DNA of 64,000 nt, taken from NCBI GenBank assembly GCA_963826825.1, contig CAWGYV010000016.1:131117-195116 (forward strand), written 5' to 3'. Below, in pieces: positions 31,014 through 44,179 of the stretch. Positions within the stretch are counted from its first letter, which is position 1. Each line of letters starts with the position of its first letter. The translations under genes and the position numbers were made by a program. The stretch comes from an uncultured Acidimicrobiia bacterium (GTDB lineage: Bacteria > Actinomycetota > Acidimicrobiia > Spongiisociales > DATADW01). Under the pieces are notes generated by a model that was given only the letters and a program-made list of their open reading frames with translations, ran no database searches and had not been told where the DNA came from.

Positions 31014-32501
31014 TCATCTCCCCGGAGTGAGCAACTGGTCGACCGGTGCGTGGCCATCGGTCAAGATCTCCGCATCGGCGATGAAGTCGACTAGCTCGTC
31101 GCCGGTCAGCACCCTCAGATCGAGGTCATGACGGGAGCCCGCGGCGATGATCTCGCTGGCCGGGATGCGTTCATCGCTCCCCACCACCAGGAAATTGCCC
31201 CCACTTCCGAAACGCTCGGGGAGTGACAACACTGCAACGTGCTCGAAGACAGTTGTGAAGGTGGCGGCCTCGGCGCGGAGGAAGGCCATCTCCGAACCGT
31301 CGATGATGTTCGCCGCGTAGACGCCTTTGGGCCTGAGGACCGCGGCGACCTGATCTACGAACTCGCCGGTGGTTAGGTGCCAGGGGACCGCAACGCCGCC
31401 AAAGGCATCTCCGATCGCAAGATCGGCGCTCGATTGACCCACCCGCCTGATGCCGAGCCTGGCGTCCCCGACGAGCACGTCAACCTCCGGGGACTGCTCC
31501 CATCCCAGTCGCTCTTCGGCGACAGCGACGATCTCGGGGTCGAGCTCGAGCACCACCCCGCTGGACCCTGGTCTGGTCGCTTCCAACCAGCGCGGCATGG
31601 TGAACCCACCACCACCGATGTGGAGCACGTCGATCGGTCCCTCGCTGGTCGCGTCGGCCACCGCCGCCAGCATCCGGGTATAGGAGAACCGGAGTTCGGT
31701 GGGGTCATCGAGGTCGACGTAGGCGTGTCGCAGGGTATCGAGCCACAAGGTCCGGCCCGACGGGTTGTCGACATCCTGCTCGACCCGCAGGCAGTAATAG
31801 GAGGTCTCGGTCTCGCATGGGTTGGCCAGGGCGCCTCCCAGCCACACACCGGCGAGAAACAGGGGGACGATCAGAAATGCAGAGCGGGTGGGGGCCAGCC
31901 ACCACCACAGCGCCAGCCCGCTGATAACTAGTAAAACCGCCAATCCCATCAGTATCTGTGGGGTGGGGAACAGCGGGACCAGGACGAACCCGGTGAGAAA
32001 CGTGCCTGCGATGGCCCCGGTGGTTCCCAACGCCGAGTACCGGCCCACGACGCTCCCCGTCTGACCCAGGTCGGCGAGCACCGCCTTGACCACCGTGGGT
32101 GCAACGGCACTGAGGAGGGCGGCGGGCACGAACACGGTCACCAGCACCAGAAGCACCAGCGTGGGTGGGTTGGCGCTGACCGCTGTCGGGCCGAGCAAAC
32201 GGGCCATCGGCGCGGCCAGCACCGCCGCCACGCCACCGAGGGCGAGTTCCGGCCCGAGCAGCCGCCGGGGCTCCACCCGGTCGGAGAGACGACCGCCTAG
32301 CCATGTCCCAAGGGCGATTCCGGCGAGAACGGTGCCGATGATCGCTGTGAACGTTTCGAGGGTGACCCCCACGTACGGGGCGAGCAGCCGGCCGGCGAGA
32401 ATCTCCATGACCAGCACCACGGCCGAAGTGCCAAAGACCAGGAGACCGCCGAGGAAGGGAGTCACCCGGGGAGTGTGCCGACCGTGGCCCGCACCGCGCA
32501 A
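31014..32501 (-). CDS. fused membrane-domain / spermidine-synthase-like aminopropyltransferase
   Basis: The N-terminal multi-TM domain of about 200 aa is followed by a class I SAM-dependent methyltransferase-like fold (VLHIGGGGFTMPRWL ... VLELDPEIV). Confidence 0.65.
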   Translation of the reverse strand: MRGAGHGRHTPRVTPFLGGLLVFGTSAVVLVMEILAGRLLAPYVGVTLETFTAIIGTVLAGIALGTWLGGRLSDRVEPRRLLGPELALGGVAAVLAAPMARLLGPTAVSANPPTLVLLVLVTVFVPAALLSAVAPTVVKAVLADLGQTGSVVGRYSALGTTGAIAGTFLTGFVLVPLFPTPQILMGLAVLLVISGLALWWWLAPTRSAFLIVPLFLAGVWLGGALANPCETETSYYCLRVEQDVDNPSGRTLWLDTLRHAYVDLDDPTELRFSYTRMLAAVADATSEGPIDVLHIGGGGFTMPRWLEATRPGSSGVVLELDPEIVAVAEERLGWEQSPEVDVLVGDARLGIRRVGQSSADLAIGDAFGGVAVPWHLTTGEFVDQVAAVLRPKGVYAANIIDGSEMAFLRAEAATFTTVFEHVAVLSLPERFGSGGNFLVVGSDERIPASEIIAAGSRHDLDLRVLTGDELVDFIADAEILTDGHAPVDQLLTPGR

Positions 32502-32506
32502 CCCGG

Positions 32507-32977
32507 GTGATGGCGACCATTGATTCTCACCGCCTAGTGGTTTGGGGTGATACGGTCGGCACCGTGACCGTAGACGTTTCCCACACCGGCGACGGCGCCC
32601 GGACCAGGGTCAGCCGCCGGGACGCCATGGCGGTGCGCCGGTATCTGGATCGGCTGGAGCGAGCAGATGTGCTCGACCCGGAGCGGGCAGCGATGGCTTA
32701 CCGCCTTGCCTCGCTGCGACGCCTCATCTCGGATTCCCACGACGAGGCGGAGCGCGCATCGTTGATCGAGGAAAGGGAATCCGTCGAGGAGGCGATGTGG
32801 GCGGCGCGCGATCGCGTGGTGGCCCGCGACCGGAGCCTCGAAGCCGATTTTGTCGCGGTGGCGCTCGGCTACTCGAGCCGAAAGGGGATAAGCCCAGAGG
32901 CGTGGCAGCTCATAGGTGTTCCCGACGAGGTCTTGCAACGCGCCGGTTTGTTGGGGGAGACGACCGCCGGGGAATAG
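32507..32977 (+). CDS. hypothetical protein
   Basis: 156 aa, helical and charged. The start is GTG or ATG at 32507/32510. There is no recognisable domain. Confidence 0.35.
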   Translation: MMATIDSHRLVVWGDTVGTVTVDVSHTGDGARTRVSRRDAMAVRRYLDRLERADVLDPERAAMAYRLASLRRLISDSHDEAERASLIEERESVEEAMWAARDRVVARDRSLEADFVAVALGYSSRKGISPEAWQLIGVPDEVLQRAGLLGETTAGE

Positions 32978-32986
32978 CCGCATCGC

Positions 32987-33499
32987 TCACGCAGCCGGCA
33001 ACACCTCGAAAACCGGGTGGCGGTCGGCAATGGCTGCGATCTCGTCGTCGCTGGAGTCGGGTCCTACACCTTCGAAGAAGGCGCCGATCTCGATCTTCCA
33101 CCGTTCCAGGTAGGCACGCAGTATCGGGACCTTGGCGTCATCGACGATCTCTGCGGCGCTGAAGGGCTCCGCCTTGGAGCCGAGCCGCAACTCGCCACCG
33201 CCGGCCACGCGAAGGTTCCGTACCCAATGGCCCTCGCCCCTGGGCGACACCAGGTAGCGCCGACCCTGGTACTCGAGGAGGTTGACTGGGTTGGTTCGCC
33301 ATTCGCCGCTGCTCCGGCCCCTCACAGCCAGGACGCGGGATCCCATGAAACTCACACCTCGATAGGTGAACCAAGACACAAGCGGATTGAAGACCCGGGA
33401 GCTGAACCAACCGGGTGCCCGGTAGTGGGGCGCCATGGCCCGGATCGTGGCATATCCCACCAAACCGGGCGAGCCTTCGCTCCGAACCATGGTGGACAA
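32987..33499 (-). CDS. F420H2-dependent nitroreductase-family (Ddn-like) deazaflavin-dependent oxidoreductase
   Basis: 170 aa with RGRSSGEWRTNPVNLLEYQGRRYLVSPRGEGHWVRNLRVAGGGELRLG. Confidence 0.7.
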   Translation of the reverse strand: MSTMVRSEGSPGLVGYATIRAMAPHYRAPGWFSSRVFNPLVSWFTYRGVSFMGSRVLAVRGRSSGEWRTNPVNLLEYQGRRYLVSPRGEGHWVRNLRVAGGGELRLGSKAEPFSAAEIVDDAKVPILRAYLERWKIEIGAFFEGVGPDSSDDEIAAIADRHPVFEVLPAA

Positions 33500-33560
33500 G
33501 CGGCGCGGGAGGGCAATTGAGAGGGCCGCTCATTGGTGGAGCCATTCGTCTGCGGGGTAG

Positions 33561-34214
33561 TTGATGCGTGCCAGGAAGGTAGCCAGACGCTCCGGGGAGG
33601 CGCTGTTGCTCGTGGTCGCCGGACTGGCGGCTGCCATCACGGGAATCGTCTTGGGAGAGGTGGTTGTGACCGGCGAGATGCCAAGGGTTGAGACGGTGAT
33701 GGGGACGACACAAGGAACCGCTCCCGTCCAACAGGTCGCATCGCAACCGGATGCGACTTCCACGACCCGGGCCGAACCTCAAATCGCAGCAGAGCGAACC
33801 GCCACATCGGCGGCCCCACCGACGACATCGGCGACCCAACCGACGACGACAGCGACTCCCACCAGCGACTTGGTGAGCACGACCGCAGTCACCACGACCG
33901 TGGTGGCATCGGGGGTGACGGTCACGCTCGAGGGCAATCCGGTCCCCGGGGACGGGGAGTGGGATGCGGCGGTGACGGTGGTGGTAGCCGGACCGGGCGG
34001 CAAGCCTGTGTCCGGCGCCACCGTCACCGCAGTCTGGTCGGGGACGATTCCGGTGGCGGTATCGGAGCCATCCGGATCAGATGGACGCGCCGAGTTCCGA
34101 TTGGAAGGCATTGCAGGCGCCTGGGTGTCCTTCACGGTCATCGATGTGCTGGCGGAAGGGCTCGAATACGACGCCGATGGCTCGATCACGAGCCTCGTCG
34201 TTTCGGGGCAATGA
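33561..34214 (+). CDS. secreted/membrane-anchored protein with a Thr/Pro-rich linker
   Basis: The N-terminus is a signal anchor. The low-complexity segment TSAAPPTTSATQPTTTATPTSD is followed by a Gly/Val-rich beta domain. An ATGA overlap links it to the next gene. Confidence 0.4.
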   Translation: MMRARKVARRSGEALLLVVAGLAAAITGIVLGEVVVTGEMPRVETVMGTTQGTAPVQQVASQPDATSTTRAEPQIAAERTATSAAPPTTSATQPTTTATPTSDLVSTTAVTTTVVASGVTVTLEGNPVPGDGEWDAAVTVVVAGPGGKPVSGATVTAVWSGTIPVAVSEPSGSDGRAEFRLEGIAGAWVSFTVIDVLAEGLEYDADGSITSLVVSGQ

Positions 34215-35038
34215 ACGAGAGGATGGGATCGATGAAAAGACTGGCAACCGTGGGGATTCTCGCTGTCGTGATCACGGCTCTGGGAGCCGGTGCGGCGCTC
34301 GCCGCCCAGGCCGAGAGCAGGCTGACGATCATCCATGCCATTCCGGGCGAGGGAGGGTTCCCGGCGGACATCTACCTCGACGGCGAACTCGTAGTCGAAG
34401 AGATGACTTTTGGCACCGTCACCGAGGCGACCACGGTGGCATCCGGCCCCCACGACGTCGCCATCTACCCCGAGGGCGTCGACCCCGAAACCGAAGAGCC
34501 GGCTCTGGCCGCCGAAATCGACCTCGCTGACGGAGCGGACGCCACCGTGGTGGCCGGTCTGACCAACTCGGGGGACCCGACTCTTGCCGTCTATGTCAAC
34601 AACGCCGACCCGGTGGGGGCCGGCGAGGCGCGTGTCGTCCTCCGACACCAGGCAGAGGCGCCTGCGGTCGATCTCCTGGTCAACGGCGAGCCGGTAGCGC
34701 TCGAGGTGTCCAATGGCGAGGAGGCGACCGCCGAGGTAGAGGCGGGCGCGATCACGCTCTCTCTGGTCCCATCGGCCGAGGGCGAAGGAAACCTCTTCCA
34801 GACCGATGTCGACCTCTCCGAGGGGTCGGCATTCCTCATCTATGGGATCGGGTCGGTCGAGGGTGACAGCTTTGACGTCGCCGTCCAGCAGGTCGCCGGG
34901 CTGCAGACTCCGCCCGAGGGCATCCCAACCGGCACCGGGGGAGCGGCGGGCACCGCGGTCCCGATCTGGTTGCTTGGCGCCATGGGCGCGGCGTTGGTGG
35001 TCGGCTCTCTGGCAGTCGCCCGGCTGGTTCGGCGCTGA
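34211..35038 (+). CDS. DUF4397-type secreted protein with a C-terminal membrane anchor
   Basis: The signal peptide is MKRLATVGILAVVITALGAGAALAA. Repeated beta-rich segments follow. The C-terminal TM is AVPIWLLGAMGAALVVGSLAVARLVRR. An alternative start is ATG at 34232. Confidence 0.5.
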   Translation: MNERMGSMKRLATVGILAVVITALGAGAALAAQAESRLTIIHAIPGEGGFPADIYLDGELVVEEMTFGTVTEATTVASGPHDVAIYPEGVDPETEEPALAAEIDLADGADATVVAGLTNSGDPTLAVYVNNADPVGAGEARVVLRHQAEAPAVDLLVNGEPVALEVSNGEEATAEVEAGAITLSLVPSAEGEGNLFQTDVDLSEGSAFLIYGIGSVEGDSFDVAVQQVAGLQTPPEGIPTGTGGAAGTAVPIWLLGAMGAALVVGSLAVARLVRR

Positions 35039-35042
35039 GGGG

Positions 35043-36984
35043 TCAGGGAGCGGGCATCACTAGGTCGACGGGACGGTTGCCGACCGTCCCGGTCGCCCTG
35101 AGATCGGCCAACTGCCGGTAGTCGTTCCACCGGAGAACGAGTTGGCCGGGAGCGGGGCCCTGCACCCTGATCCGGGCGACTATGGCGCCGGTCACACGAT
35201 CCCAGCTGACGGTCCCGCTCACCCGCACCTGGTTCACCCAGGCGAGCCTGTGGAGTCGGAACTGGACGAGTTCGGACCCGCGCGAGCTGAAGCTGCCTCC
35301 CCTCAACCCGACACCGTCGTAACCGATGGCGTTGAGCCATCGGGGAAAGATGTCGGCCACCGTGTTGGCGGCGGCGGCAACAACCCGGCGGTCGGCCACC
35401 GGGGACTTGACCCGATCGCCCTGCGGCGCCGGATCCACCTCGGCGAGGGAGCCGGGAAACTCCTCCACGACCCGCACTTCCTGGTAGCGGCTGGCGCACG
35501 TGGTGTCGCCGGCATCTCCACCGGTGCTGACGAAACGAACCGTCAGGTCGGATACACACCGGGAGAAGTCGGCCAGCGCCATGATGTGGACACCGTTCGC
35601 CACCTCGATATAGGTCGAGTTTGGAAAGCGATCGGCGACGATCTCCGCACCGGCGGGGGAGGTGAGCGAGTCGAGCTCGCCCGCGATGACCAGGGTGGGG
35701 ACGTTGGGGTAGGGCGTATTGGGTTCGACCGGCGGCACGTGGTTGCTCGGAACCGGCCACCGGATGCACGACGTGTACTCGGCCCAGGGTGAGGCTACCC
35801 AGTCATCGATGGTGTAAGGGTGGAAGACATTGGGTTCGGTCGCCTTCAACTCGGCCAGTTCGGCTTCGTACTGAGGGGGCCGCCGTTCGATCGGAGATTC
35901 GATGTCCCAAAGCTGGGGGTAGTCGTTGCAGAATCGCCGCCATATAGAGGCCTTCGGAGTATTCATCGACGGGGCCGGCGTCGCCCCAGTAGTCCTGCTC
36001 TGCGGCGATGCGGAGCAGTGGCGCCGGGTCGGGGTCGTCCCGGAGATAGGCGCGGGTGGCTGCGTCGAGCTCCCGGTACACCGCGTGCCCATAAGCAGCC
36101 ACCCCGGTCAGGTAGCCCAGCATCGGGGCATCCACCGTCACCCGGCGCCTGATCCCATCGGCGTCGTATGCCGTTCCGGTGAGCGGGCTGGCACGCAGTG
36201 CGTCGGCCAGGCGTGCGATTCGTTCGACCGGGTCACCACCGAGTGCGTCGCACCCCGGATCGCGCTCGCAGACGACCCGGAATGCGTCGCGCAACGCCGC
36301 GTTGAGGTCGCGGTACCAGGGGTCCTGGTCCTCGACCGGGTAGGTGCCGTCGAGTACGACGGTCCGGACGCGGTCGGGATGGCGGACGGCGAAGGCCTGT
36401 GCCATGAAGCTGCCGTAGGAGTCCCCGTACATGTCGACCGCGTCGATGCCGAGCGCATCGAACACCTGGACCATGTCGTCGATGGCGAAGGCGGTGCCGT
36501 AGAGGTCCGAGGTGGCACCGAGCTGGGCACCACAGAGCCCTACGTTGGCGTCGTAGTCCCCTTCGTAGGACTGGAGCTCGGGACAGTCGATCGCTTCGGA
36601 CCGTCCGGTGCCGCGGTTGTCGATGAGGAGCAGATCTCGATGGTCGAGCAGCGGATCGAAGAGGTCGAGGTACGAATCGCGACTCGCAGTGGTTGCGTAC
36701 CCGGGCCCGCCCTCGATGGCGACGATCGTGCCGAGAGTTCGCTCCTGGCGGGCGGGATGGATCTCGAACCCGATGTCGATGGTCCCTGCCGATGGATCGG
36801 CAGGGTCCAGTGCCACCGTTAGGAACCCGCAGCGCGCCCCGGGGACGTCGGGGCACGGCGTGGTCGGAACCGAAGCAGGTGCCGGAGCCAGCTGAGTCTG
36901 GCCTTGCGGCGCGGCGCTGGCGGCCGGAGCCAATAGCGCAGCCAGGACGGCAACGACGATGACCGCTGTCACTTGACGCCTCAC
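35043..36984 (-). pseudogene. second secreted S33-family alpha/beta hydrolase paralog, frame-disrupted at the G5 run at 35915-35919
   Basis: It has a signal peptide, the nucleophile elbow GDSYGS, a His region (GVHIM) and a C-terminal extension of about 170 aa. Two ORFs (36984-35803 and 36092-35043) lie in different frames and join cleanly at the homopolymer. Confidence 0.55.
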
Positions 36985-37152
36985 GGGGCGGGGACAGTAA
37001 CTGAGTGGCTCGCATCGCTCGCCGTTCTGGGTATGGGTGTAGGTCTGGCTTGCCAGGATCGGGGGACTGAAGCAGAACCGCCTTCTCGAGGCAGGAGAGC
37101 CGACTTTACATAACGTGGATTATGGGCGCTTGAGATCAAGAGTCGCAAGAAA

Positions 37153-37174
37153 GGTGAGGCCTCGCCTCAGCCCC
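37153..37174. terminator. short hairpin TGAGGC-CTC-GCCTCA immediately after the uvrA-like stop
   Basis: A 6-bp inverted repeat is read directly. It is followed by an AT-richer stretch (37080-37150) that may hold the promoter of the downstream hydrolase gene. Confidence 0.3.
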
Positions 37175-37176
37175 TC

Positions 37177-39570
<2,394 letters not shown>

Positions 39571-39580
39571 CGATTAGCGC

Positions 39581-39916
39581 TCAGGGCTGCTGCCTCAATC
39601 CGATGGTGTTTCCATCGCTGTCGGCCAACTGCGCCACGAGCAGGCCGTCACCCACGTCATTGGGGTCGCTGGTGACCTGCCAACCCGCAGAACGAAGCTC
39701 ATCGACTCTGGCAGCGATATCGTCCGTCTCCCAGTAGGCAATCGGACCATTGCTGGAGCCATTCGGATCGAGTCCGATCTCGCGACCCTCGGTGCGGTAC
39801 CCGACGTAGTAGGGCGAATCGACATATGGATCGGCACCAAGGAGTTGCGTGAACAGCTCCTTTGCCTTCTCGATGTCCTTGACCGGGTAGACGACCAGTT
39901 GTTCAGTCATTGCCAT
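39581..39916 (-). CDS. VOC-family (glyoxalase / bleomycin-resistance fold) protein
   Basis: ATG at 39916 follows AGGGAG. The 111-aa protein has the single VOC-module fold. Confidence 0.6.
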   Translation of the reverse strand: MAMTEQLVVYPVKDIEKAKELFTQLLGADPYVDSPYYVGYRTEGREIGLDPNGSSNGPIAYWETDDIAARVDELRSAGWQVTSDPNDVGDGLLVAQLADSDGNTIGLRQQP

Positions 39917-39950
39917 TTTCTCCCTCTGTGACATAAGGCGTTTTCAGCCC

Positions 39951-40412
39951 TCAGCTCACCGCTTTCTTTACGAGTGCACCGATCTTCTTCTCGTCGGCGG
40001 CGGTCAACTTCTGCAGTGCGAAGGCGGTCGGCCACATGCTGCCTTCGTCGAGGTTCGCCTCTTCGTTGAAGCCGAGCGTCGCATACCTCGTCTTGAACTT
40101 CGAGGCGGCTTGGAAAAAGCAGACGACCTTGCCGTCCCTGGCATACGCCGGTTGCCCGTACCAGAGCCTTGGCGTGAGTTCTGGCGCGTTTGCCTTGACG
40201 ATCTCGTGGAGCCGCTCGCCCATGGCACGATCGGGTTCATCCATCTCAGCGATCTTCGCCAGTACGGCGTCCTCGCCGCTCGCTTTGGCGCCCGACTTCA
40301 CCTCCTGAGCGCGCTCCTTCATCGCGGCTCGTTCCTCGGCGGTGAATGCCTTGGACGCCTTGCCTTTCGAGGTGGTGGCCTTGGCGGACTCTGTGGCCTT
40401 CTGTGGGCTCAT
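39951..40412 (-). CDS. DUF1801 (YdhG-like) domain protein
   Basis: It has a Lys-rich N-terminus. The C-terminal region ([18 protein letters not shown] ... MWPTAFAL) is typical of YdhG/DUF1801. Confidence 0.55.
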   Translation of the reverse strand: MSPQKATESAKATTSKGKASKAFTAEERAAMKERAQEVKSGAKASGEDAVLAKIAEMDEPDRAMGERLHEIVKANAPELTPRLWYGQPAYARDGKVVCFFQAASKFKTRYATLGFNEEANLDEGSMWPTAFALQKLTAADEKKIGALVKKAVS

Positions 40413-40450
40413 CGATCTCTCCTGTGCAGGCGCTCCCGGGATTGGACGGC

Positions 40451-40861
40451 TCAGCTGACCTCGAAGATGCGGATCATGTTGCCGGCGGGGTCACGGAAGG
40501 CGCAGTCGCGGACGCCCCACGGCTGGTCGGTCGGCTCTTGGACGACCTCGGCGTCGCTGGACTGCAGTTGTTCGAACGTGCCATCGAGGTCCTTGGTGGC
40601 CAGGTTGATGCCGGCGTAGGTGCCCTTGGCCATCATCTCGGTGATGGTGCGGCGCTCTTCGTCGGTGATGCCAGGGTCGGCGCCGGGCGGGTGCAGGACG
40701 ATCGAGGTGTCGGGCTGATCGGCCGGGCCGATCGTGATCCAGTGCATCCCTTGGTACTCGACGTCGTTGCGGACCTCGAAGCCGAGAGTGTCGCGATAGA
40801 AAGCCAGGGACTCGTCCGGGTCGTTGTGCGGGAGGTACGTCTGGTGAATGATGATGTCCAT
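40451..40861 (-). CDS. VOC-family (glyoxalase-like) protein
   Basis: The internal ATG at 40861 gives [30 protein letters not shown], a VOC N-terminus. The longer extension is low-complexity. Confidence 0.6.
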   Translation of the reverse strand: MDIIIHQTYLPHNDPDESLAFYRDTLGFEVRNDVEYQGMHWITIGPADQPDTSIVLHPPGADPGITDEERRTITEMMAKGTYAGINLATKDLDGTFEQLQSSDAEVVQEPTDQPWGVRDCAFRDPAGNMIRIFEVS

Positions 40862-40867
40862 GGCGGT

Positions 40868-41347
40868 CAACCTATCGCGACTACGGGTTTCGGCGCTTCT
40901 CGATTCCTGACCGGTCTGGTGACCCGTTTCGCCACGCACGGCGGCATCCCCTCACCCTCGATCGCGCCCTCCGCCCGGCGCCGGTAGACGCTGGGCGGCA
41001 CGCCGACAAGCTCGGTGAAGCGTGTGCTGAAGGTGCCCAGCGACGAGCAGCCGACGGCGAAACAGACCTCGGTGACGTTCGAGATCCCCTCGCCGAAGCA
41101 GCGCCATCGCCCGCTCGATCCGCCGAGTCATCAGGTAGCTGTAGGGCGACTCGCCGTAGGCGAGACGGAACTGGCGGCTGAGGTGACCGGCCGACATGTG
41201 CACACCGCGGGCGAGCGCTTCGACGTCCAACGGTTCGGCGTACTCCCGGTCGATCCGGTCGCGGACGCGACGCAGCCAAACGAGATCGCTCAGGTGCGAC
41301 GTGGCTGGTCCACTGGTCACCGGCACGATCGTCCCACGTCGCACCAA
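40868..41347 (-). pseudogene. short AraC-family HTH transcriptional regulator, frame-disrupted at a G/C4 run near 41083
   Basis: The first HTH (LDVEALARGVHMSAGHLSRQFRLAYGESPYSYLMTRRIERAMALLRRG) continues in another frame as SNVTEVCFAVGCSSLGTFSTRFTELVGVPPSVYRR. Removing one G restores a contiguous AraC DNA-binding domain. Confidence 0.55.
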
Positions 41348-41404
41348 AGTTGTCTAACGCCGCTGAACGATCCTCATCGTGCTGACGTCAACACGTCTCG
41401 CCCA

Positions 41405-42301
41405 TCACTCAAGCCTTCGCGGCGACACGACGAGAGAACCCACTCCAATCGCAAATTGCGCCACGAGGAGAACCACGATCGAGACCACGTCGTGGCCGCC
41501 GCCGAGGGCGATGATGGCCGCGGACAGAACGAAGACCCCGCCGCGGGCAATGCGCAGCCGGGCGATGGATATCGGGGCGCGGGTGGCGTCGCACGTCACC
41601 GCGGGCTGGCGGGTCCGTGCCCAGGCGATCAACCCACCGATCAGCCCGAGCGCCGCTATCCACCACTCGATTGCCAGCGGCATCCGCCACGTCTCGGCCA
41701 GAGCCATCAGGTCACCCCAGGCCAGCACCGTGGCCGCCAGCACCGTCGCTGCGGCCACAACGAGGAAGCGGCGGTCGCTGGTGCGCCGGGTGACCCCGAT
41801 CAGGACCAGTGCGAAGGCGATGGCGACGAGCCAGTTGGCCCGGTCACCGCGGGACAGCGCCGCAGCCACCACGCCGACAGCCGCCGCGTCGGTCAACATC
41901 GGCTCGAGACCGATGGTCCCGACCTGGATCCGGGCCGCGACCACGACGACGAGGGTCAGGCCCACCGACGGGTTGGCCAGCAGGGTCCCGCCCCACCCGG
42001 CGACAAACGCGGTCCCGGCAATACCGGAGAGGATCGAGGCGAAGACCGATGTCCATTGCTGGTCGGGGTCGAGCTCCCGGGTCAGCGCCCATCCCATGAA
42101 TGCCGAGGCGGCGGCGATGAAGGCCTCCCAGAGGATCGCTGTCCACCGGTCGCCGGTGACGAGGGCGATCCCCCCTGCGGTGGCGCCGGCCACGAGGGTC
42201 GCCGCAAGCGCAAGCCTGGTTGCGGGGAGCCGGAAGTCGAAGCCCCGACCGAGATGGGTGATCCGGAAGAGGAGAGGCTTTTGCCGGGAGGCGCCGTTCA
42301 C
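41405..42301 (-). CDS. UbiA-family prenyltransferase (integral membrane)
   Basis: 298 aa with about 8 TM helices. The Asp-rich region is LTRELDPDQQ. The start is GTG at 42301. Confidence 0.6.
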   Translation of the reverse strand: MNGASRQKPLLFRITHLGRGFDFRLPATRLALAATLVAGATAGGIALVTGDRWTAILWEAFIAAASAFMGWALTRELDPDQQWTSVFASILSGIAGTAFVAGWGGTLLANPSVGLTLVVVVAARIQVGTIGLEPMLTDAAAVGVVAAALSRGDRANWLVAIAFALVLIGVTRRTSDRRFLVVAAATVLAATVLAWGDLMALAETWRMPLAIEWWIAALGLIGGLIAWARTRQPAVTCDATRAPISIARLRIARGGVFVLSAAIIALGGGHDVVSIVVLLVAQFAIGVGSLVVSPRRLE

Positions 42302-44135
42302 TCGGGGTCCGGTCGCCGCGGCGCTTCTGAGCCTCGCCGACTGCGTACGCAGCGTGGATGAGCCCTACGTGGCTGAACGCCTGTGGGAAATTCCCCAACA
42401 GCGAACCGTCCTGCCCGACCTCCTCGGAGAACAGCCCGAGGTCGTTGGCATGTACCAGCACCCTGTCTATCAGACCAATCGCACGGTCGATCTCGTCGGC
42501 AAGTGCAAGTGCCTCCGCCAACCAGAAGGTGCACAGCAGGAAAGAGCCCTCGTCTCCCTTGAGCCCATCAGTGGCGAGATACCGCATCACCAGCCCACGC
42601 TCGTCGAGCAGCCCACGCTCCACCGCGTCGATGGTCGCCAGGACCTTGGGGTGTCGCGGTTCGAGAAAACCGCAAATCGAGATGAGGAGTACGGATGCGT
42701 CCAGTTCGTCTCTTCCGAACGCCTGCGTGAAAGCGCCGACCTGCTCGTTCCACCCCTCCTCGAGTATCGAGGCACGAATTCTCTCCGCCTCATCGCGCCA
42801 CTCGGCGGCGCGCTCGGCGGCATCGAGGTCGAGTGGCCAACTCGGCAGCGCGGTCGAGGGCGACCCAGCAAAGAAGCTTTGGACGAGAGGAAGTGTCTCG
42901 GCTCGTCGCGCACCTCCCAGATCCCGTGATCGGGCATCTCCCACACCGAGGCGGCGGAGTCGGCGACCTCGGTGAAGAAGCGGCGTAGCCTCCGGGGCCA
43001 GCCTGGGCAGCTCCTCCCGGTAGAGCAGGGCGGCATCGAGCAGGTGGCCGAAGACATCGTTCTGGCGCTGCGACCAGGCTCCGTTCCCCACCCGGACCGG
43101 GCGGCTACCACCCCAGCCGCCAAGATGGTCGAGCGACCGCTCGGAGAGGTCGCGCTCTCCCCCGACGCCGTACATGATCTGTAGCGGCCGTTCCTGGGCG
43201 AGGTCTCCGGCGGCGGCGTACACCATCCAGGTGAAGAACCTGTGCACCTCGTCGGGGCAGGCCGCCACCCACATGGCGTGGAGGATGAGGCTGGCGTCAC
43301 GCACCCACGAGTAGCGGTAGTCCCAGTTGCGCACGCCGCCCGGGTCCTCGGGGAGCGATGTGGTGGGTGCGGCGATCATTGCCCCCGTCGGGGCATAGGT
43401 GAGTGCCTGGAGCACCCGCCCCGAGAACCGCACCTGATCGCCCCAAGGGTCGGTGTAGTTGACGTGCGCCTCCGCCCAACCCCGCCAGGCATCGATGGTC
43501 TCCTGCAACGCCGCCGTGACCTCCCCAGAGCCAAGCGTTGGCGGCATTTCGTCCCATGTCGATCGGTATTGCAGTGCGAACCCGAGCTCTGACCCTTCCT
43601 CCACCACGATCCTCGCCTTGGCTCCGCCGAGCACCGGCTCCAGCGGCACTGGGCTGGAGAGGGCGAGGAGCACCGCTCCCCCTCTGAATACGATCCCACC
43701 GGGGACGGCCACGGACAACGGCATCACCAGCCCGAACTCAGGCCGGGGCCGGCAATAAAAGTGCATCTCGACCCGACCGGCGACACCGCGCACCACCCGG
43801 AGCAACAGGTGAGGAGACTCCCGACCCAGGTCGTGGTGACGGGGTGCCGCCACCATGGCGAGGGCGTCGGAAACGGTCACCTCCCCGGTCTCGGTGGTAA
43901 AGGTGGTTTCGAGCACCATCGTTTCGTCGAGATAGCGACGGGTGGTAGATGCCTCGCCGATGGGACGCAGTTCCCAGCACCCCCCGTCTTCATCGAGGAG
44001 GCGGGCGCACACCGCGGGCGAATCAAATCGCGGCACGCAGAGCCAGTCAACTGCACCGTCCTTGGCGACCAGTGCGCTCGATTGGCAGTCGGAGAGCAGC
44101 CCGTAGTCGGCGATCGGCCGGGACATCAGCGGCAA
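42298..44135 (-). CDS. glycoside hydrolase family 15 protein (trehalase-like N-domain plus GH15 catalytic domain). The 3' end is inferred: a one-base correction in the G4 run at 42304-42307 gives a stop at 42298 with a GTGA overlap onto ubiA
   Basis: GH15 motifs are present (NWDYRYSWVRDAS ; GAWSQRQNDVFGH ; LLGNFPQAFSHVGLIHAAYAV). As submitted, the ORF runs on to 41844 through Arg/Gly/Pro-rich sequence antisense to the ubiA-like gene, which is implausible. Confidence 0.55.
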
Positions 44136-44179
44136 CCTACCGCCGTGGTCGGACCTACCTGGGGCGCAGGGGCGGCGGG

